Positions 34,406-47,354 are shown, numbered from the stretch's first letter. The stretch is 64,000 nt of DNA from Escherichia coli (GCF_003334765.1 NZ_QOWT01000006.1); one strand, 5' to 3'. Notes: a model not told the origin generated them from the sequence alone. Program-made: numbers and translations.

Positions 34406-34624
34406 ATGTTTGTAACGAGCAAAAAAATGACCGCGGCTGTTCTGGCAATTACTTTGGCAATGTCTCTGAGTGCCTGTTCTAACTGGTCTAAACGGGACCG
34501 CAACACCGCAATCGGCGCGGGTGCAGGGGCATTAGGCGGTGCAGTACTGACCGATGGCAGTACGTTGGGTACATTAGGTGGTGCAGCTGTCGGTGGTGTT
34601 ATTGGTCACCAGGTCGGTAAATAA
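34406..34624 (+). CDS. osmB: osmotically inducible lipoprotein B
   Basis: 72-aa ORF MFVTSKKMTAAVLAITLAMSLSACSNWSKRDR... with lipobox and Gly-rich body. Confidence 0.93.
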   Translation: MFVTSKKMTAAVLAITLAMSLSACSNWSKRDRNTAIGAGAGALGGAVLTDGSTLGTLGGAAVGGVIGHQVGK

Positions 34625-34719
34625 TCGTAAATAAATGTCGATTATCGACTCGCAATTATAATACGCTTGATTCTGTTCAGTACGAAATAACTGAATAATA
34701 CGCACAGTAAAATATTCGA

Positions 34720-34746
34720 AAGCCACGGATATATCCGTGGCTTTTT
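34720..34746 (+). terminator. rho-independent terminator between osmB and yciH
   Basis: agccacggatatatccgtggc hairpin followed by ttttt. Confidence 0.65.
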
Positions 34747-34749
34747 ATG

Positions 34750-35076
34750 TTAACCGCCTGCGAGTTTTACCTTCATCCCTTTCGCTTCAAGTAGTGATTT
34801 TAATAAATCACGCTTATCGCCCTGGATTTCAATAACTCCATCTTTAACTGCTCCGCCGCAGCCGCATTTTTTCTTCAGTTCCGCTGCAAGTTTTGTCAGT
34901 TCGGCATCATCGAGATCGACACCGGTAATCAGGCAAACGCCCTTACCTTTACGTCCACTGGTCTGACGCTGAATACGCACCACACCGTCGCCTTTAGGGC
35001 GTACAGGGGCCGCTTTGGGCTCATCAATACGTCCGGTTTCCGTTGAGTAGACCAGACGGCTGTTGGAATCACTCAT
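34750..35076 (-). CDS. yciH: SUI1/eIF1-family translation factor homologue
   Basis: ORF track 34750..35079; [20 protein letters not shown]... (108 aa from second ATG). Confidence 0.9.
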   Translation of the reverse strand: MSDSNSRLVYSTETGRIDEPKAAPVRPKGDGVVRIQRQTSGRKGKGVCLITGVDLDDAELTKLAAELKKKCGCGGAVKDGVIEIQGDKRDLLKSLLEAKGMKVKLAGG

Positions 35077-35813
35077 CATGCACTCCGCTGTAAAGAGGCG
35101 TTGATCGCTTTCAGCGTCTGCGCTGGATCTACCGATTGCGTTACCGGGCGACCAATCACCATATAATCAACACCAGCCGACAACGCCTGTTCTGGCGTCA
35201 TAATGCGGCGCTGGTCACCAGCTTCACTCCCCTGCGGACGAATGCCCGGCGTAACCAGTTTGAACTCCTGACCGAATACCTGTTTAAAGCGCACAGCTTC
35301 CTGAGCAGAACACACCACACCATCAAGGCCACATTTTTGCGTCAGTGCCGCCAGACGTTCTGCATAATCTGCAGGTGACAGTGTCATGCCAAGATCGACC
35401 AGGTCGCTGGCTTCCATGCTGGTCAACACTGTCACAGCAATCAAAAGCGGTGCATCTTTGCCAAACGGAACCAGTGCCTCACGCGCTGCGGTCATCATAC
35501 GCGCCCCACCAGAGGCATGAACATTCACCATCCACACGCCTAAGTCAGCTGCAGCAGCGACAGCGTGCGCTGCAGTGTTGGGGATATCGTGGAATTTCAG
35601 GTCAAGAAAGATATCAAAACCACGCTGTTGAAGTTCGCGCACAAACTGTGGCCCAAACAATGTAAACATCTCTTTGCCGACCTTCAGACGACAATCGCGT
35701 GGGTCGATCTTGTCGACAAAGGCCAGCGCGTCATCACGATTATGATAATCAAGGGCAACAACCACAGGAGAATTCGTAACAGCGCGGGAAGAAGATGAAG
35801 CAGTTAACGTCAT
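35076..35813 (-). CDS. pyrF: orotidine-5'-phosphate decarboxylase
   Basis: ORF track 35076..35873; internal ATG start [36 protein letters not shown]... (245 aa); stop overlaps yciH start. Confidence 0.95.
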   Translation of the reverse strand: MTLTASSSSRAVTNSPVVVALDYHNRDDALAFVDKIDPRDCRLKVGKEMFTLFGPQFVRELQQRGFDIFLDLKFHDIPNTAAHAVAAAADLGVWMVNVHASGGARMMTAAREALVPFGKDAPLLIAVTVLTSMEASDLVDLGMTLSPADYAERLAALTQKCGLDGVVCSAQEAVRFKQVFGQEFKLVTPGIRPQGSEAGDQRRIMTPEQALSAGVDYMVIGRPVTQSVDPAQTLKAINASLQRSA

Positions 35814-36006
35814 GACCAGACCTTCTTGATGATGGGCACCGGAAGTGGCGCGAAACAGGTAAACGGCGAGCATTCTACCCGTGGAAATAAAAAATTAACA
35901 GTTGCGATTTCTCCCCTGGCAGGCTTTTTCTGCGCCGTCGTTGCCGGAGCACAATGGAACATTAATAATTAGTATGTTGTAACTAAAGTCGGATTTTTTT
36001 TAAAAA

Positions 36007-37176
36007 TTACAGGCCATCAAGACCGCGAATCGGTTTAATGGTTGACCAGGCCCGACAAGACGGACAATGCCAGTAGAGGGTGTATGCGGTAAAACCACAT
36101 TTCTGGCAACGATAACGAGGCTTACTACGTACCTTCTCGCCAACCATGTCACGCAGCACCATCAGGCTCTCTTTGGCACGCCCTTCTTCCGCTTCATTTA
36201 AGTGGTAATCCATTAACTTATGGAACACACGCATGGTCGGATGACGCTGAAGCTGGCGCGTAATATAGACCTGTGCGGCCTCACTACCGTCGCGCGCTTC
36301 GATGATATCAGCAAGCATCAATTCAGCATCGGCACCGGTGTTCTCTTCCACCGCACGCTGCAGGAATTCTGCCCATTCGGCAGTTTTACCCAACTGCTGA
36401 TAGCAGGTTTGCAACATTTCCAGCGTTTCGCTGACCAGTTCTCTGTCCTGGGATATCACGCGTTGCAGACTTTCGACGGCTTTGGCGTATTCTCCTTTCG
36501 CCATAAACACGCGTCCCATCATTATGGATACGCGGGCGCTGTTTTTATCTGCCGCCGCCCCTTTTTTTAGCAAGGTCATGGCACGATCGAGATCGTCGCT
36601 GGCCATATGCTGCAGGGCTAACTCACAGTAGAAATGGGCAATTTCGACGCGCTGTTTATCTTTACCCAGCTTCACCAGGCGTTCGGCAACATCAATTGCT
36701 TTCTGCCACTCACTGGTAGCCTGGTAGATTTGTAGCAACTGTTGCAGCGCGCCAATGCGGAAGTCAGTTTCATCGGTCAGCTGATTGAACATGTCTTCCG
36801 CGCGGTCATATAACCCGGCGGCCATGTAATCACGCCCCAGTTGTTGAATCGCCAACAGACGCTGTTCATAGGTCAGCGAGGCGCTTTCCATTAGGGTCTG
36901 ATGGATGCGAATAGCGCGATCAACTTCGCCACGCGAACGGAACAGGTTTCCGAGCGTAAGGTGGGCTTCAACGGTGCCTGTATCCTCTTTAAGCATATCG
37001 AGAAACAGGTCTACCGCTTTATCCTGTTGATTACTAAGCAGGAAGTTAACCCCCGCTACGTAATCACGCGACAAGCGGTTGGCTTCATCTTGCTTGTTTT
37101 GTTGCGCACTTCTGCGGCCCATATACCAGCCATAGGCAGCGGCTACAGGCAAAAGCAGAAACAACAACTCCAGCAT
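36007..37176 (-). CDS. lapB: LPS assembly protein B (TPR plus rubredoxin-like C-terminus)
   Basis: 389-aa ORF MLELLFLLLPVAAAYGWYMGRRSAQQNKQDEANRLSRDYVAGVNFLL... ending in CxxC...CxxC. Confidence 0.93.
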   Translation of the reverse strand: MLELLFLLLPVAAAYGWYMGRRSAQQNKQDEANRLSRDYVAGVNFLLSNQQDKAVDLFLDMLKEDTGTVEAHLTLGNLFRSRGEVDRAIRIHQTLMESASLTYEQRLLAIQQLGRDYMAAGLYDRAEDMFNQLTDETDFRIGALQQLLQIYQATSEWQKAIDVAERLVKLGKDKQRVEIAHFYCELALQHMASDDLDRAMTLLKKGAAADKNSARVSIMMGRVFMAKGEYAKAVESLQRVISQDRELVSETLEMLQTCYQQLGKTAEWAEFLQRAVEENTGADAELMLADIIEARDGSEAAQVYITRQLQRHPTMRVFHKLMDYHLNEAEEGRAKESLMVLRDMVGEKVRSKPRYRCQKCGFTAYTLYWHCPSCRAWSTIKPIRGLDGL

Positions 37177-37182
37177 AGAAAG

Positions 37183-37491
37183 TTATTCCTTCGCCGCTGA
37201 CGAGTGCGGCACTACAGCCACGTCAGTCGCGGGTGAAAGCTGGTTTTCCAGTCGCTTTATTTTACGTTCAGCGCGCGCCAGGGAAACACGAACTCGCAGC
37301 CAGAACAGGCCACAAATCAACCAACCGATAGCAAACCCCGCAGCAAACAATACCGCCAGCAATGTGGAAATACGGTACTCCCCTTGCGCTAACAGATAAT
37401 TAAACGTCACCTGTTGATCGTTCTGCGCACCCAACGTGACCGAAATCACGAAGATCGCTAACACCAGTAAGAAAATGAGTAAATATTTCAC
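37183..37491 (-). CDS. lapA: LPS assembly protein A (inner-membrane)
   Basis: 102-aa ORF MKYLLIFLLVLAIFVISVTLGAQNDQQ...; start is GTG. Confidence 0.9.
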   Translation of the reverse strand: MKYLLIFLLVLAIFVISVTLGAQNDQQVTFNYLLAQGEYRISTLLAVLFAAGFAIGWLICGLFWLRVRVSLARAERKIKRLENQLSPATDVAVVPHSSAAKE

Positions 37492-37639
37492 ATTACTTCC
37501 CGTTATGTGGTTAGAGCGAATAAATTATGGTCAACTTACCGCAATAGCCCTTTAAAGTACCATTTTCGCGCCGTCTGCGAAATGGCATCCACACGCATTG
37601 TTGATGATTTAAGGGCTAAATTCGGAAAATCAACCAGCG

Positions 37640-38404
37640 TTAACTTTCTTGTTCTCGTTGCGCTATTTCGCGATTTTCTTCCGCAGGTGGTGTTAATGGC
37701 CCACAAATTCGTTGCGCAAGCCACGTTGCCACCGCCACCAGCGCCCACGAAATCAACGTAGCTACTACCAGATCGCGTGGCCAATGCATCCCGAGCAGCA
37801 GGCGGCTTCCCATGACTCCCGTTGCCCAGACCAGCAAGATAGCAATGGTTAACGTTCGCCGACGCGGCCACAGCAAACCAACGGCCAGCAGTGCCCAACT
37901 GGCAGCAAACATCGTGTGACCGGAAGGAAAGGCAAACCCCGTCTCTTTCTGCCAGTGTGAACGCAAATATTGTGGGATATTTTTCTCTTCAGCCAACTGT
38001 TCTTTCACTAGATTTCCGCGTTCTGCTCGCTTTAAAGTGTAGAACTCATCAACCGGAATATGATGTGTTTTTTCCAGCCAGATAACAAAAGGTCGTGGTT
38101 CCTGGACTTTGTCTTTGATCCAGGATTTAACGCCTTGTCCCACAAGGATTGCGGCCGCCAGAATGGCAAATAATACAAAGGCAGCCTTAATGCGAAAACG
38201 CAGACACCAGAGAAACCAGCCGAATAAAATCAAATGTGTAATGACGCCCCAGGGCTGGGTGACAGTTTCAGTAACCCAAAAAGCCGCTTTTAGTAGCCAA
38301 CTTTGTTCTCCAGGTTGCCAACGCCAGCCAGAAATCCATACGGCTACTGGCATGACAAGCAATAGTGCAGCTCCCACTGCGGTACGTCTGGCAATCGAAC
38401 GCAT
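37640..38404 (-). CDS. pgpB: phosphatidylglycerophosphatase B (PAP2 family)
   Basis: 254-aa membrane ORF MRSIARRTAVGAALLLVMPVAVWISGW... Confidence 0.93.
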   Translation of the reverse strand: MRSIARRTAVGAALLLVMPVAVWISGWRWQPGEQSWLLKAAFWVTETVTQPWGVITHLILFGWFLWCLRFRIKAAFVLFAILAAAILVGQGVKSWIKDKVQEPRPFVIWLEKTHHIPVDEFYTLKRAERGNLVKEQLAEEKNIPQYLRSHWQKETGFAFPSGHTMFAASWALLAVGLLWPRRRTLTIAILLVWATGVMGSRLLLGMHWPRDLVVATLISWALVAVATWLAQRICGPLTPPAEENREIAQREQES

Positions 38405-38573
38405 GGCCTCTCCTTTTTGATAAGTCCCACAATCATAACTGAAAACGCCAGTTCCAGGAAAAATTGACAGATTTGTGCCATTCCGTGAACGATCGACGCG
38501 TCGTGATTAGGTGAACCCCTTCTCGTTATGGCAAAATAAGCCAATACAGAACCAGCATTATCTGGAGAATTTC

Positions 38574-39164
38574 ATGCAGCTTAAACGTGTGGCAGAAGCC
38601 AAACTGCCAACCCCATGGGGCGATTTCCTGATGGTGGGATTTGAAGAACTGGCAACCGGACACGATCATGTCGCGCTAGTCTATGGCGATATTTCCGGGC
38701 ATACCCCGGTACTTGCGCGCGTCCATTCCGAATGTCTGACCGGTGACGCCCTGTTCAGCTTGCGCTGCGATTGTGGCTTCCAGCTCGAAGCGGCATTGAC
38801 GCAAATTGCCGAGGAAGGCCGTGGTATTTTGCTGTATCACCGTCAGGAAGGTCGTAACATTGGTCTGCTGAATAAAATCCGCGCTTACGCACTGCAGGAT
38901 CAAGGTTACGATACCGTAGAGGCTAACCACCAGTTAGGCTTCGCCGCTGATGAGCGCGACTTCACTCTTTGCGCTGATATGTTCAAACTCCTTGGCGTCA
39001 ATGAAGTCCGCTTGTTAACCAATAACCCGAAAAAAGTCGAAATTCTGACCGAAGCAGGGATTAATATTGTTGAACGCGTACCATTGATTGTAGGTCGTAA
39101 CCCCAATAACGAACATTATCTCGATACCAAAGCCGAGAAAATGGGCCATTTGCTGAACAAATAA
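38574..39164 (+). CDS. ribA: GTP cyclohydrolase II
   Basis: ORF track 38511..39164; internal ATG start [40 protein letters not shown]... with SD ggaga (196 aa). Confidence 0.95.
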
Positions 39165-39185
39165 CCCTCTTGCATTGTGTAATTC

Positions 39186-39222
39186 ATTTGCTTGCCGGAA
39201 GCAAAATAACCGGCAAGCAAAT
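39186..39222. terminator. bidirectional terminator-like inverted repeat between convergent ribA and acnA
   Basis: atttgcttgccgg ... ccggcaagcaaat, 13-bp arms. Confidence 0.6.
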
Positions 39223-39227
39223 AGTTG

Positions 39228-41903
39228 TTACTTCAACATATTACGAATGACATAATGCAAAATGCCGTCGTTCTGGTAGTAGGTCAACTCCGTCGCGGTG
39301 TCGATACGACAACGGCAGGGTACGACTTCCTGGCTACCATCCGCGCGCGTAAGCGTCACCGGAACCGTCGCGCCGGGTTGTAGGTTTTGCAGATCGCCAA
39401 TATCAATCTTCTCTTCCCCGGTTAGCCCTAACGTTTTACGCGTTACGCCTTGCGGAAATTCCAGCGGCAGGATGCCCATGCCAATTAAATTCGAACGGTG
39501 AATTCGTTCAAACGATTCGGCAATCACCACACGAATACCAAGCAGACGCGGACCTTTTGCCGCCCAGTCACGACTGGAGCCTGATCCATACTCTTTCCCG
39601 GCAATCACCGCCAGCGGCGTTTGCTCCTGCTTATAGCGCATCGCAGCATCATAAATAGAGACTACGTCGCTGTCAGGTAAATGCCGCGTCATCCCCCCTT
39701 CAACGCCAGGCACCATTTCATTACGGATGCGAATATTGGCGAAGGTGCCGCGCATCATCACTTCATGGTTACCACGCCGCGAACCGTAGGAGTTAAAGTC
39801 TTTTCGCTCAACACCCCGACCTTGTAGATATCGACCCGCTGGGCTGTCGGGCTTAATACTGCCCGCCGGAGAGATATGGTCAGTGGTGACTGAATCCCCC
39901 AGCATTGCGAGGATCCGCGCACCGTGAATATCTTCCACTGGTGCTGGTGTTGCCTGCATTTCATCAAAGAAAGGCGATAAGCGAATATAGGTTGAGTCCT
40001 CCTGCCAACCGTAGGTATCGGATCGTGTGACGTTAATTCCCTTCCACTCTGCTGTGCCTTCAAAAACTTCTGCGTACTCTTTGCGGAACATTTCTGTGGA
40101 GACTTGTTCTACCGCACGGGCAATTTCTTGTGCCGATGGCCAGATATCTTTCAGATAAACCGGATCGCCTTTGCGATCATGGCCGATAGGCTCAGAAGCC
40201 AGGTTGATATTCATATTTCCCGCCAGCGCATAGGCAACCACCAGCGGCGGCGAGGCCAGCCAGTTAGTTTTAACCAGCGGATGGATACGGCCTTCAAAGT
40301 TACGGTTGCCGGACAGCACCGCACCGACGGTTAAATCGCCTTTTTTGATTGCCGTTTCGATAGGATCGGGCAGCGGCCCAGAGTTACCAATACAGGTGGT
40401 ACAACCGTATCCCACAAGGTTAAACCCCAGTTCGTCGAGATACGGTGTCAGTTTCGCTTTTGCCAGATAATCAGAAACGACTTTCGAACCCGGTGCCAGC
40501 GACGCTTTGACCCATGGTTGCCGCTTGAGGCCCAGAGTTACGGCTTTTTTCGCCAGCAAGCCTGCGGCCATCAGCACACTTGGGTTAGAGGTGTTGGTGC
40601 ACGAGGTTATCGCAGCAATGACCACAGCGCCATCAGGTAACTGATACTGATGTCCGTTCATAACATAATCGACCGGCTGGCGATCTTTATGCGTGGCATT
40701 CACTTCCAGTTCGTTACTGGCGGCAAATGCTTTTGGTACATCGGGCAGTGCAACGCGATCCTGTGGGCGTTTAGGCCCTGCCAGGCTCGCTTCAACGTCA
40801 TTCATATCCAGTTCTAACGTACTGGTAAAAATTGGTTCATCGCCCGGGTTACGCCACATGCCCTGCGCTTTGGCATATTTTTCGACCAACTCGACCTGAT
40901 CTTCGCTGCGCCCGCTTAAACGCATGTAATCGAGGGTTACAGCATCGATTGGGAAGAAGCCACAGGTGGCACCATATTCTGGCGACATATTGGCAATGGT
41001 GGCGCGATCCGCCAACGGTAGTGAATCCAGACCATCACCATAAAATTCGACGAATTTCCCCACCACGCCATGTTTGCGCAGCATTTGGGTAACAGTGAGA
41101 ACCAGGTCTGTGGCGGTAATACCTTCACGTAATTTTCCGGTAAGTTTGAAGCCCACTACATCCGGGATAAGCATGGAAACCGGCTGGCCTAACATTGCGG
41201 CTTCTGCTTCGATCCCACCAACGCCCCACCCCAGCACGCCAAGGCCGTTGATCATGGTGGTGTGCGAGTCAGTACCAACGAGTGTATCCGGATAAGCAAT
41301 CCATTCACCGTCCTGCAATTCACTCCACACTGCTTTGCCGAGATATTCGAGGTTAACCTGATGGCAAATGCCTGTGCCTGGCGGCACGACGCTAAACCGA
41401 CTGAACGCTTGCTTTCCCCATTTCAGGAACACATAACGTTCGTGGTTGCGCTCCATTTCCAGGCGTACGTTTTCTTCAAATGCCTCATCATCACCAAAAC
41501 GATCGACGGTCACCGAGTGGTCAATGACCAGGTCGACCGGTGAGAGCGGGTTAACCTTTGCAGTATCGCCGCCGAGGCGTTTAACCGCTTCGCGCATTGC
41601 CGCCAGATCAACAACGGCAGGTACGCCGGTAAAGTCCTGCATCAGCACCCTTGCCGGGCGGTAGGCAATTTCACGGTCAGCATGGGCATTTTTCAGCCAT
41701 CCTGCCAGCGCGTGGATATCCTCTTCGGTAACCGAGTTACCATCCTGCCAGCGCAGCAGGTTTTCGAGCAAAACTTTGAGTGACTTGGGTAGACGGGTGA
41801 TATCGCCCAGTGATTTAGCAGCAAGCGGCAGGCTGTAGTAGTGGTAAGTTTTATCTTTGGCCTGCAACGTGTCCTTACTGGCTTCTCGTAGGGTTGACGA
41901 CAT
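39228..41903 (-). CDS. acnA: aconitate hydratase A
   Basis: 891-aa [54 protein letters not shown]... Confidence 0.96.
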   Translation of the reverse strand: MSSTLREASKDTLQAKDKTYHYYSLPLAAKSLGDITRLPKSLKVLLENLLRWQDGNSVTEEDIHALAGWLKNAHADREIAYRPARVLMQDFTGVPAVVDLAAMREAVKRLGGDTAKVNPLSPVDLVIDHSVTVDRFGDDEAFEENVRLEMERNHERYVFLKWGKQAFSRFSVVPPGTGICHQVNLEYLGKAVWSELQDGEWIAYPDTLVGTDSHTTMINGLGVLGWGVGGIEAEAAMLGQPVSMLIPDVVGFKLTGKLREGITATDLVLTVTQMLRKHGVVGKFVEFYGDGLDSLPLADRATIANMSPEYGATCGFFPIDAVTLDYMRLSGRSEDQVELVEKYAKAQGMWRNPGDEPIFTSTLELDMNDVEASLAGPKRPQDRVALPDVPKAFAASNELEVNATHKDRQPVDYVMNGHQYQLPDGAVVIAAITSCTNTSNPSVLMAAGLLAKKAVTLGLKRQPWVKASLAPGSKVVSDYLAKAKLTPYLDELGFNLVGYGCTTCIGNSGPLPDPIETAIKKGDLTVGAVLSGNRNFEGRIHPLVKTNWLASPPLVVAYALAGNMNINLASEPIGHDRKGDPVYLKDIWPSAQEIARAVEQVSTEMFRKEYAEVFEGTAEWKGINVTRSDTYGWQEDSTYIRLSPFFDEMQATPAPVEDIHGARILAMLGDSVTTDHISPAGSIKPDSPAGRYLQGRGVERKDFNSYGSRRGNHEVMMRGTFANIRIRNEMVPGVEGGMTRHLPDSDVVSIYDAAMRYKQEQTPLAVIAGKEYGSGSSRDWAAKGPRLLGIRVVIAESFERIHRSNLIGMGILPLEFPQGVTRKTLGLTGEEKIDIGDLQNLQPGATVPVTLTRADGSQEVVPCRCRIDTATELTYYQNDGILHYVIRNMLK

Positions 41904-42066
41904 AGCTCCTCCTTAATGACAGGGTTGCGAAGCCCTGATTCTCTTCAGGGTGAATATTAAAGATAACACAAACATCGCGTAACGATTTGATAACAACCCA
42001 AATTGATAAAAGAGGAGAAACCTTGTGGCAAAGCAAATGACAACCCCGCCGCAGCGGGGTCAAGGA

Positions 42067-42162
42067 TCAGTGAGTAATGATCCAGAGGAGTTCGGCCCAG
42101 AAGAGCATCGACAGAGAAAACGCGCCCATCCAGGACCAATATTTCATATTTGTGTTGATCAT
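42067..42162 (-). CDS. candidate 31-aa hydrophobic small protein (MINTNMKYWSWMGAFSLSMLFWAELLWIITH)
   Basis: Hand-translated codon by codon; ATG start, TGA stop, followed within about 10 nt by a ccccgc-tgcg-gcgggg hairpin on the coding strand; below the ORF-track size cutoff. Confidence 0.4.
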   Translation of the reverse strand: MINTNMKYWSWMGAFSLSMLFWAELLWIITH

Positions 42163-42275
42163 AGGCTACACCCTTAACGGTTATTATTTTGTGTTGAGAT
42201 AACTCAAGCTGTTATTGCTGCGGTGTATTAAAAGCCCTTTAATTCATTAAAAATGGGTAATAAGAATGATGATAA

Positions 42276-42443
42276 TTATTGTTTCGGCTGATCATCTTCA
42301 GCAAACAGTTCTATAAAGGCTTGCTGCTGCGATGTTAGTTGCCAGTCGTCTGGAATAACGACGGAACATTCCCGTTTCGTTTCTGTTTCATTGTCACTAT
42401 GCTGGCATAATGGTGACGACTCCAGTTGCTCCTGACCGACCAT
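42276..42443 (-). CDS. yciX: small protein YciX
   Basis: ORF track 42276..42464; internal ATG start MVGQEQLESSPLCQHSDNETETKRECSVVIPDDWQLTSQQQAFIELFAEDDQPKQ (55 aa). Confidence 0.7.
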   Translation of the reverse strand: MVGQEQLESSPLCQHSDNETETKRECSVVIPDDWQLTSQQQAFIELFAEDDQPKQ

Positions 42444-42445
42444 AG

Positions 42446-42574
42446 TTATCCCCACACTTTCCAAATCAGCAGTGCGACAACCACCCAGAAAAGTGCAGAA
42501 CCAAGAAAAACCGCCAGCCAGGCTTTACGTTTTAATTCAGGATCGCGGCGGGGTTCCTGATTTCCAGAAGGCAT
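42446..42574 (-). CDS. ymiA: small single-TM protein (MPSGNQEPRRDPELKRKAWLAVFLGSALFWVVVALLIWKVWG)
   Basis: Hand-translated; SD gagg 8 nt upstream of ATG; stop lies 2 nt before the yciX ATG; alternative in-frame ATG at 42586. Confidence 0.6.
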   Translation of the reverse strand: MPSGNQEPRRDPELKRKAWLAVFLGSALFWVVVALLIWKVWG

Positions 42575-42904
42575 TGCTAACCTCATATAATCGCCATCAC
42601 TTATCAGCAAGACGTTGAACGATTGGTGTAATTAATCATACGATGAGACAAATCCTAAAGAAACTTTAGTCAAAAATCCAGCGAATTTACGAATCGTCTC
42701 CAGTGAATAATTCAATCTTTTGACCTGAAATAGATATTTGAAAACTGGAGTTTGCGAGGCGGGTAATTAGACACTACTTTACAGGTAATTTACCCTATAA
42801 ATATGAGGGATAAAAATATTGTGCACGGTATAGAAATAAGTAACAAAAGAGAATATATTCCGGCACCTTCGCTACATAAAAGGTGCCGAAAATAACGCAA
42901 GAAA

Positions 42905-43903
<999 letters not shown>

Positions 43904-44034
43904 TCAGAACATCGTTTTTTCGTCACACCTGGCGGGTGACTAATACGATTTAATAATAAAAAAGGTGCTAACTATAACCACTATATCATTTATAGCCTTA
44001 GTGTATAGGTGTGAAGAAAAAATAATATGCAATA

Positions 44035-44065
44035 AAAAAGGGCCGCTTTCGCGACCCTTTGTTTA
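44035..44065 (-). terminator. candidate rho-independent terminator after topA
   Basis: Imperfect hairpin gggtcgcg-aaa-gcggccc followed on the minus strand by a U run (plus-strand aataaaaaag). Confidence 0.5.
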
Positions 44066-44088
44066 TAAAAACCTGACAGAATTAAAGG

Positions 44089-46686
44089 TTATTTTTTTCC
44101 TTCAACCCATTTGCCATCAACATAAAATGCTGACCAGCCAGTCGCCTTTCCGTCTTTTTCCGAAGAGACATATTGCTGTTTGGTTTTACGGCTAAAGCGA
44201 ACCATGGTCTTATTACCTTCCGGATCCTGCTGTGGCGCATCGGCCAGATAACGCAGTTTTTCCGGCAGACGGTCGCGGAAGCGATAAAGCTCTTCCACCA
44301 GTGGCGCACGCGTTTCACGCGATTTCGGGAAAGTGTTGGCAGCCAGGAACACACCGGCAGCACCGTCACGCAGCACGAAATAAGCATCTGATTTTTCGCA
44401 CGGCAGCTCAGGTAATGGCACCGGATCTTCTTTCGGTGGTGCCACTTCGCCGTTACGTAAAATCTTACGTGTGTTTTTACACTCTTCGTTGGTGCAGGCC
44501 ATGTATTTACCGAAACGCCCCATTTTCAGGTGCATTTCAGAGCCACATTTTTCACACTCAACGATCGGGCCGTCATAACCTTTAATGCGGAATTCGCCCT
44601 CTTCGATCTCGTAACCGTCGCAGGTTGGGTTATTACCACAGACATGCAACTTACGTTTCGGATCGATGAGATAGCTGTCCATCGCCGTGCCGCATTTCGG
44701 GCAACGACGTTTTGCGCGCAGCGCGTTGGTTTCAGCATCTTCGCCTTCCAGCACGTTCAGCACTTCGTTTTCCGGCACCAGGTTAATGGTGGTTTTGCAA
44801 CGCTCTTTCGGCGGCAGCGCATAGCCAGAACAGCCAAGGAATACCCCGGTGCTCGCTGTGCGAATCCCCATTTTGCGACCACAAGTCGGGCAGTCAATGC
44901 TGGTCAGAACCATCTGGTTCGGGCGCATACCACCCTCTTCCGGATCTTTTTCAGCTTTATCTAACTGCTGGGTGAAATCCGAGAAGAAGTGATCCAGTAC
45001 AGCTTTCCACTCTGCTTCGTGATTTGCCACCTGGTCGAGGCTGTTTTCCATCTGCGCGGTAAAGTCGTAGTTCATTAACTCGCGGAAATTTTCTTCAAGG
45101 CGATCGGTGACGATTTCGCCCATTTTTTCCGCATAGAAACGACGATTTTCTACTCGCACGTAGCCACGATCCTGAATGGTCGAAATGATCGACGCATAGG
45201 TAGACGGACGACCGATACCGCGTTTTTCCAGCTCTTTAACCAGCGATGCTTCACTGAAACGGGCTGGCGGCTTGGTAAAGTGCTGGGCTGGTGTAAGTTC
45301 AACGAGCGTCAGAGCATCGCCTTTATTAACTGCTGGTAAGATGCGATCTTCATCGCCTTTACGCAACGCAGGCATCACTTTTGTCCAGCCATCAAAACGC
45401 AAAATACGACCGCGTGCTTTCAGGCGGAAATCGCCCGCACCAACGGTCAGCGTCGTGGAGTCATATTTCGCTGGGGTCATCTGGCAGGCAACGAACTGAC
45501 GCCAGATTAACTGGTACAGTTTCTGCGCATCTGCTTCCATATCCTTCAGCGATTCCGCCATCACATTGACGTCAGAAGGACGAATCGCTTCGTGCGCTTC
45601 CTGTGAGTTTTCTTTGCTGGCGTACTGATTCGGACTTTCCGGCAGATATTTCTTACCAAAATTATCGCTGATATAACCGCGAACCATATTTACCGCGTCC
45701 TGACTCAGGTTAGTGGAGTCGGTACGCATGTAAGTGATATAGCCTGCTTCATACAAACGCTGCGCCATCATCATGGTTTTTTTCACGCCAAATCCAAGAC
45801 GGGTGCTGGCAGCTTGTTGCAGCGTAGAGGTAATAAAAGGAGCGCCAGGTTTACTGGTTGTCGGTTTGTCTTCACGTTCCAGCACGCTGTAGCGCGCTTT
45901 TTCCAGCAGACTTACCGCAGCCTGAGTTTGTTCTTTGTTGACCGGACGGAACGGTTTGTCGTTCTGATGAGTCACCTGTAACGCCAACGCTTCACCAGAT
46001 GGCGTGGTCGTGCTGGCATCGACTTCCCAGAACTCTTCCGGCACGAACGCTTTAATTTCACGCTCACGCTCGACCACCAGGCGAACCGCCACCGACTGCA
46101 CACGACCGGCAGACAGACCACGAGCGATCTTTTTCCATAGCAGCGGCGAAACCATATACCCCACCACGCGGTCCATAAAGCGACGCGCCTGCTGGGCATT
46201 AACACGATCAATATTCAGCTCACCCGGTTTGTTAAATGCCTGGCGGATCGCGTTTTTAGTAATTTCGTTAAACACCACTCGGCTATAGCGCGCATCATCA
46301 CCCCCAATCACTTCCCGCAGGTGCCATGCAATGGCTTCCCCTTCGCGGTCAAGGTCGGTTGCGAGATAGATGTGGTCGGCTTTTTCAGCCAGTTGTTTCA
46401 GTTCAGAGACGACCTTCTCTTTACCAGGCAACACTTCATAGTGCGCCTCCCAATTGTGCCACGGGTCAACCCCCATACGGTTGACGAGAGCGCCACGTTC
46501 ATCCTTTTTAGGCTTTTTAGCCGTCTTGGTGGAGGTAGAGTCGGCACTCTTTTTGGCAGCTGAGCCACTGGTCGGCAAATCGCGGATGTGACCGACGCTG
46601 GATTTCACCACGTAGTCACTACCCAGATACTTGTTGATCGTTTTGGCTTTTGCCGGGGACTCAACGATGACAAGAGCTTTACCCAT
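44089..46686 (-). CDS. topA: DNA topoisomerase I
   Basis: ORF track 44089..46728; internal ATG start [38 protein letters not shown]... (865 aa); C-terminal zinc ribbons. Confidence 0.96.
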   Translation of the reverse strand: MGKALVIVESPAKAKTINKYLGSDYVVKSSVGHIRDLPTSGSAAKKSADSTSTKTAKKPKKDERGALVNRMGVDPWHNWEAHYEVLPGKEKVVSELKQLAEKADHIYLATDLDREGEAIAWHLREVIGGDDARYSRVVFNEITKNAIRQAFNKPGELNIDRVNAQQARRFMDRVVGYMVSPLLWKKIARGLSAGRVQSVAVRLVVEREREIKAFVPEEFWEVDASTTTPSGEALALQVTHQNDKPFRPVNKEQTQAAVSLLEKARYSVLEREDKPTTSKPGAPFITSTLQQAASTRLGFGVKKTMMMAQRLYEAGYITYMRTDSTNLSQDAVNMVRGYISDNFGKKYLPESPNQYASKENSQEAHEAIRPSDVNVMAESLKDMEADAQKLYQLIWRQFVACQMTPAKYDSTTLTVGAGDFRLKARGRILRFDGWTKVMPALRKGDEDRILPAVNKGDALTLVELTPAQHFTKPPARFSEASLVKELEKRGIGRPSTYASIISTIQDRGYVRVENRRFYAEKMGEIVTDRLEENFRELMNYDFTAQMENSLDQVANHEAEWKAVLDHFFSDFTQQLDKAEKDPEEGGMRPNQMVLTSIDCPTCGRKMGIRTASTGVFLGCSGYALPPKERCKTTINLVPENEVLNVLEGEDAETNALRAKRRCPKCGTAMDSYLIDPKRKLHVCGNNPTCDGYEIEEGEFRIKGYDGPIVECEKCGSEMHLKMGRFGKYMACTNEECKNTRKILRNGEVAPPKEDPVPLPELPCEKSDAYFVLRDGAAGVFLAANTFPKSRETRAPLVEELYRFRDRLPEKLRYLADAPQQDPEGNKTMVRFSRKTKQQYVSSEKDGKATGWSAFYVDGKWVEGKK

Positions 46687-47065
46687 ATTCACCTTACCTA
46701 ATTTGATTCTTCCAGGAATGCGTCGCACGTTGATAAACCTTCCACTGGCAACGAGTTACCGATATGGACTCGCTCTCTGCGGATATCAACCCCTTGTCGT
46801 GACTCTGTTCACGAAAATTCAGGTGACTGAGTTAACAGGTCTTGGCCTACAGGCGCTATAGCACGACGGAATTTTGGTCGAATGTCAAGCAAATCTATTG
46901 CCAGATTGACGAAAGCGTCACACTGTACCTGATAAAATCCGATACGCAACTTTATTAGCATGCAAAATCCAAAGTTGCCAGTAAGGCGCTCTTGCCACCA
47001 GCGTGGTATATTTGTCTGCAAGCCATGCCTGGCGTAGACTAATGTCCTTGTTTAAGGAGTAAATA

Positions 47066-47317
47066 ATGAACAAAGAGACACAACCCATCGACCGCGAAAC
47101 GCTGTTGAAAGAGGCCAACAAAATCATTCGTGAGCATGAGGATACGCTCGCAGGGATTGAAGCCACCGGCGTCACGCAGCGTAATGGCGTGCTGGTATTT
47201 ACCGGCGACTACTTTTTAGATGAACAAGGATTGCCAACAGCCAAAAGCACCGCGGTGTTTAATATGTTCAAACACCTGGCCCATGTGCTTTCAGAAAAAT
47301 ATCATCTGGTTGATTAA
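47066..47317 (+). CDS. yciN: DUF2498 small protein
   Basis: 83-aa [53 protein letters not shown]... Confidence 0.9.
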
Positions 47318-47320
47318 AGC

Positions 47321-47354
47321 AAAACGCGAGGTCTTAGCCTCGCGTTTGTCTTTT
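47321..47354. terminator. bidirectional terminator between convergent yciN and sohB
   Basis: aaaacgcgagg-tctta-gcctcgcgtttgtctttt. Confidence 0.6.

Noticed and set aside
41957-42139. 60-aa track ORFs in the acnA upstream region (41875..42063 and 41957..42139, minus strand)
   Set aside because: Both start with non-ATG codons, lack an SD and overlap the better-supported 31-aa frame in a different phase; treated as noise.
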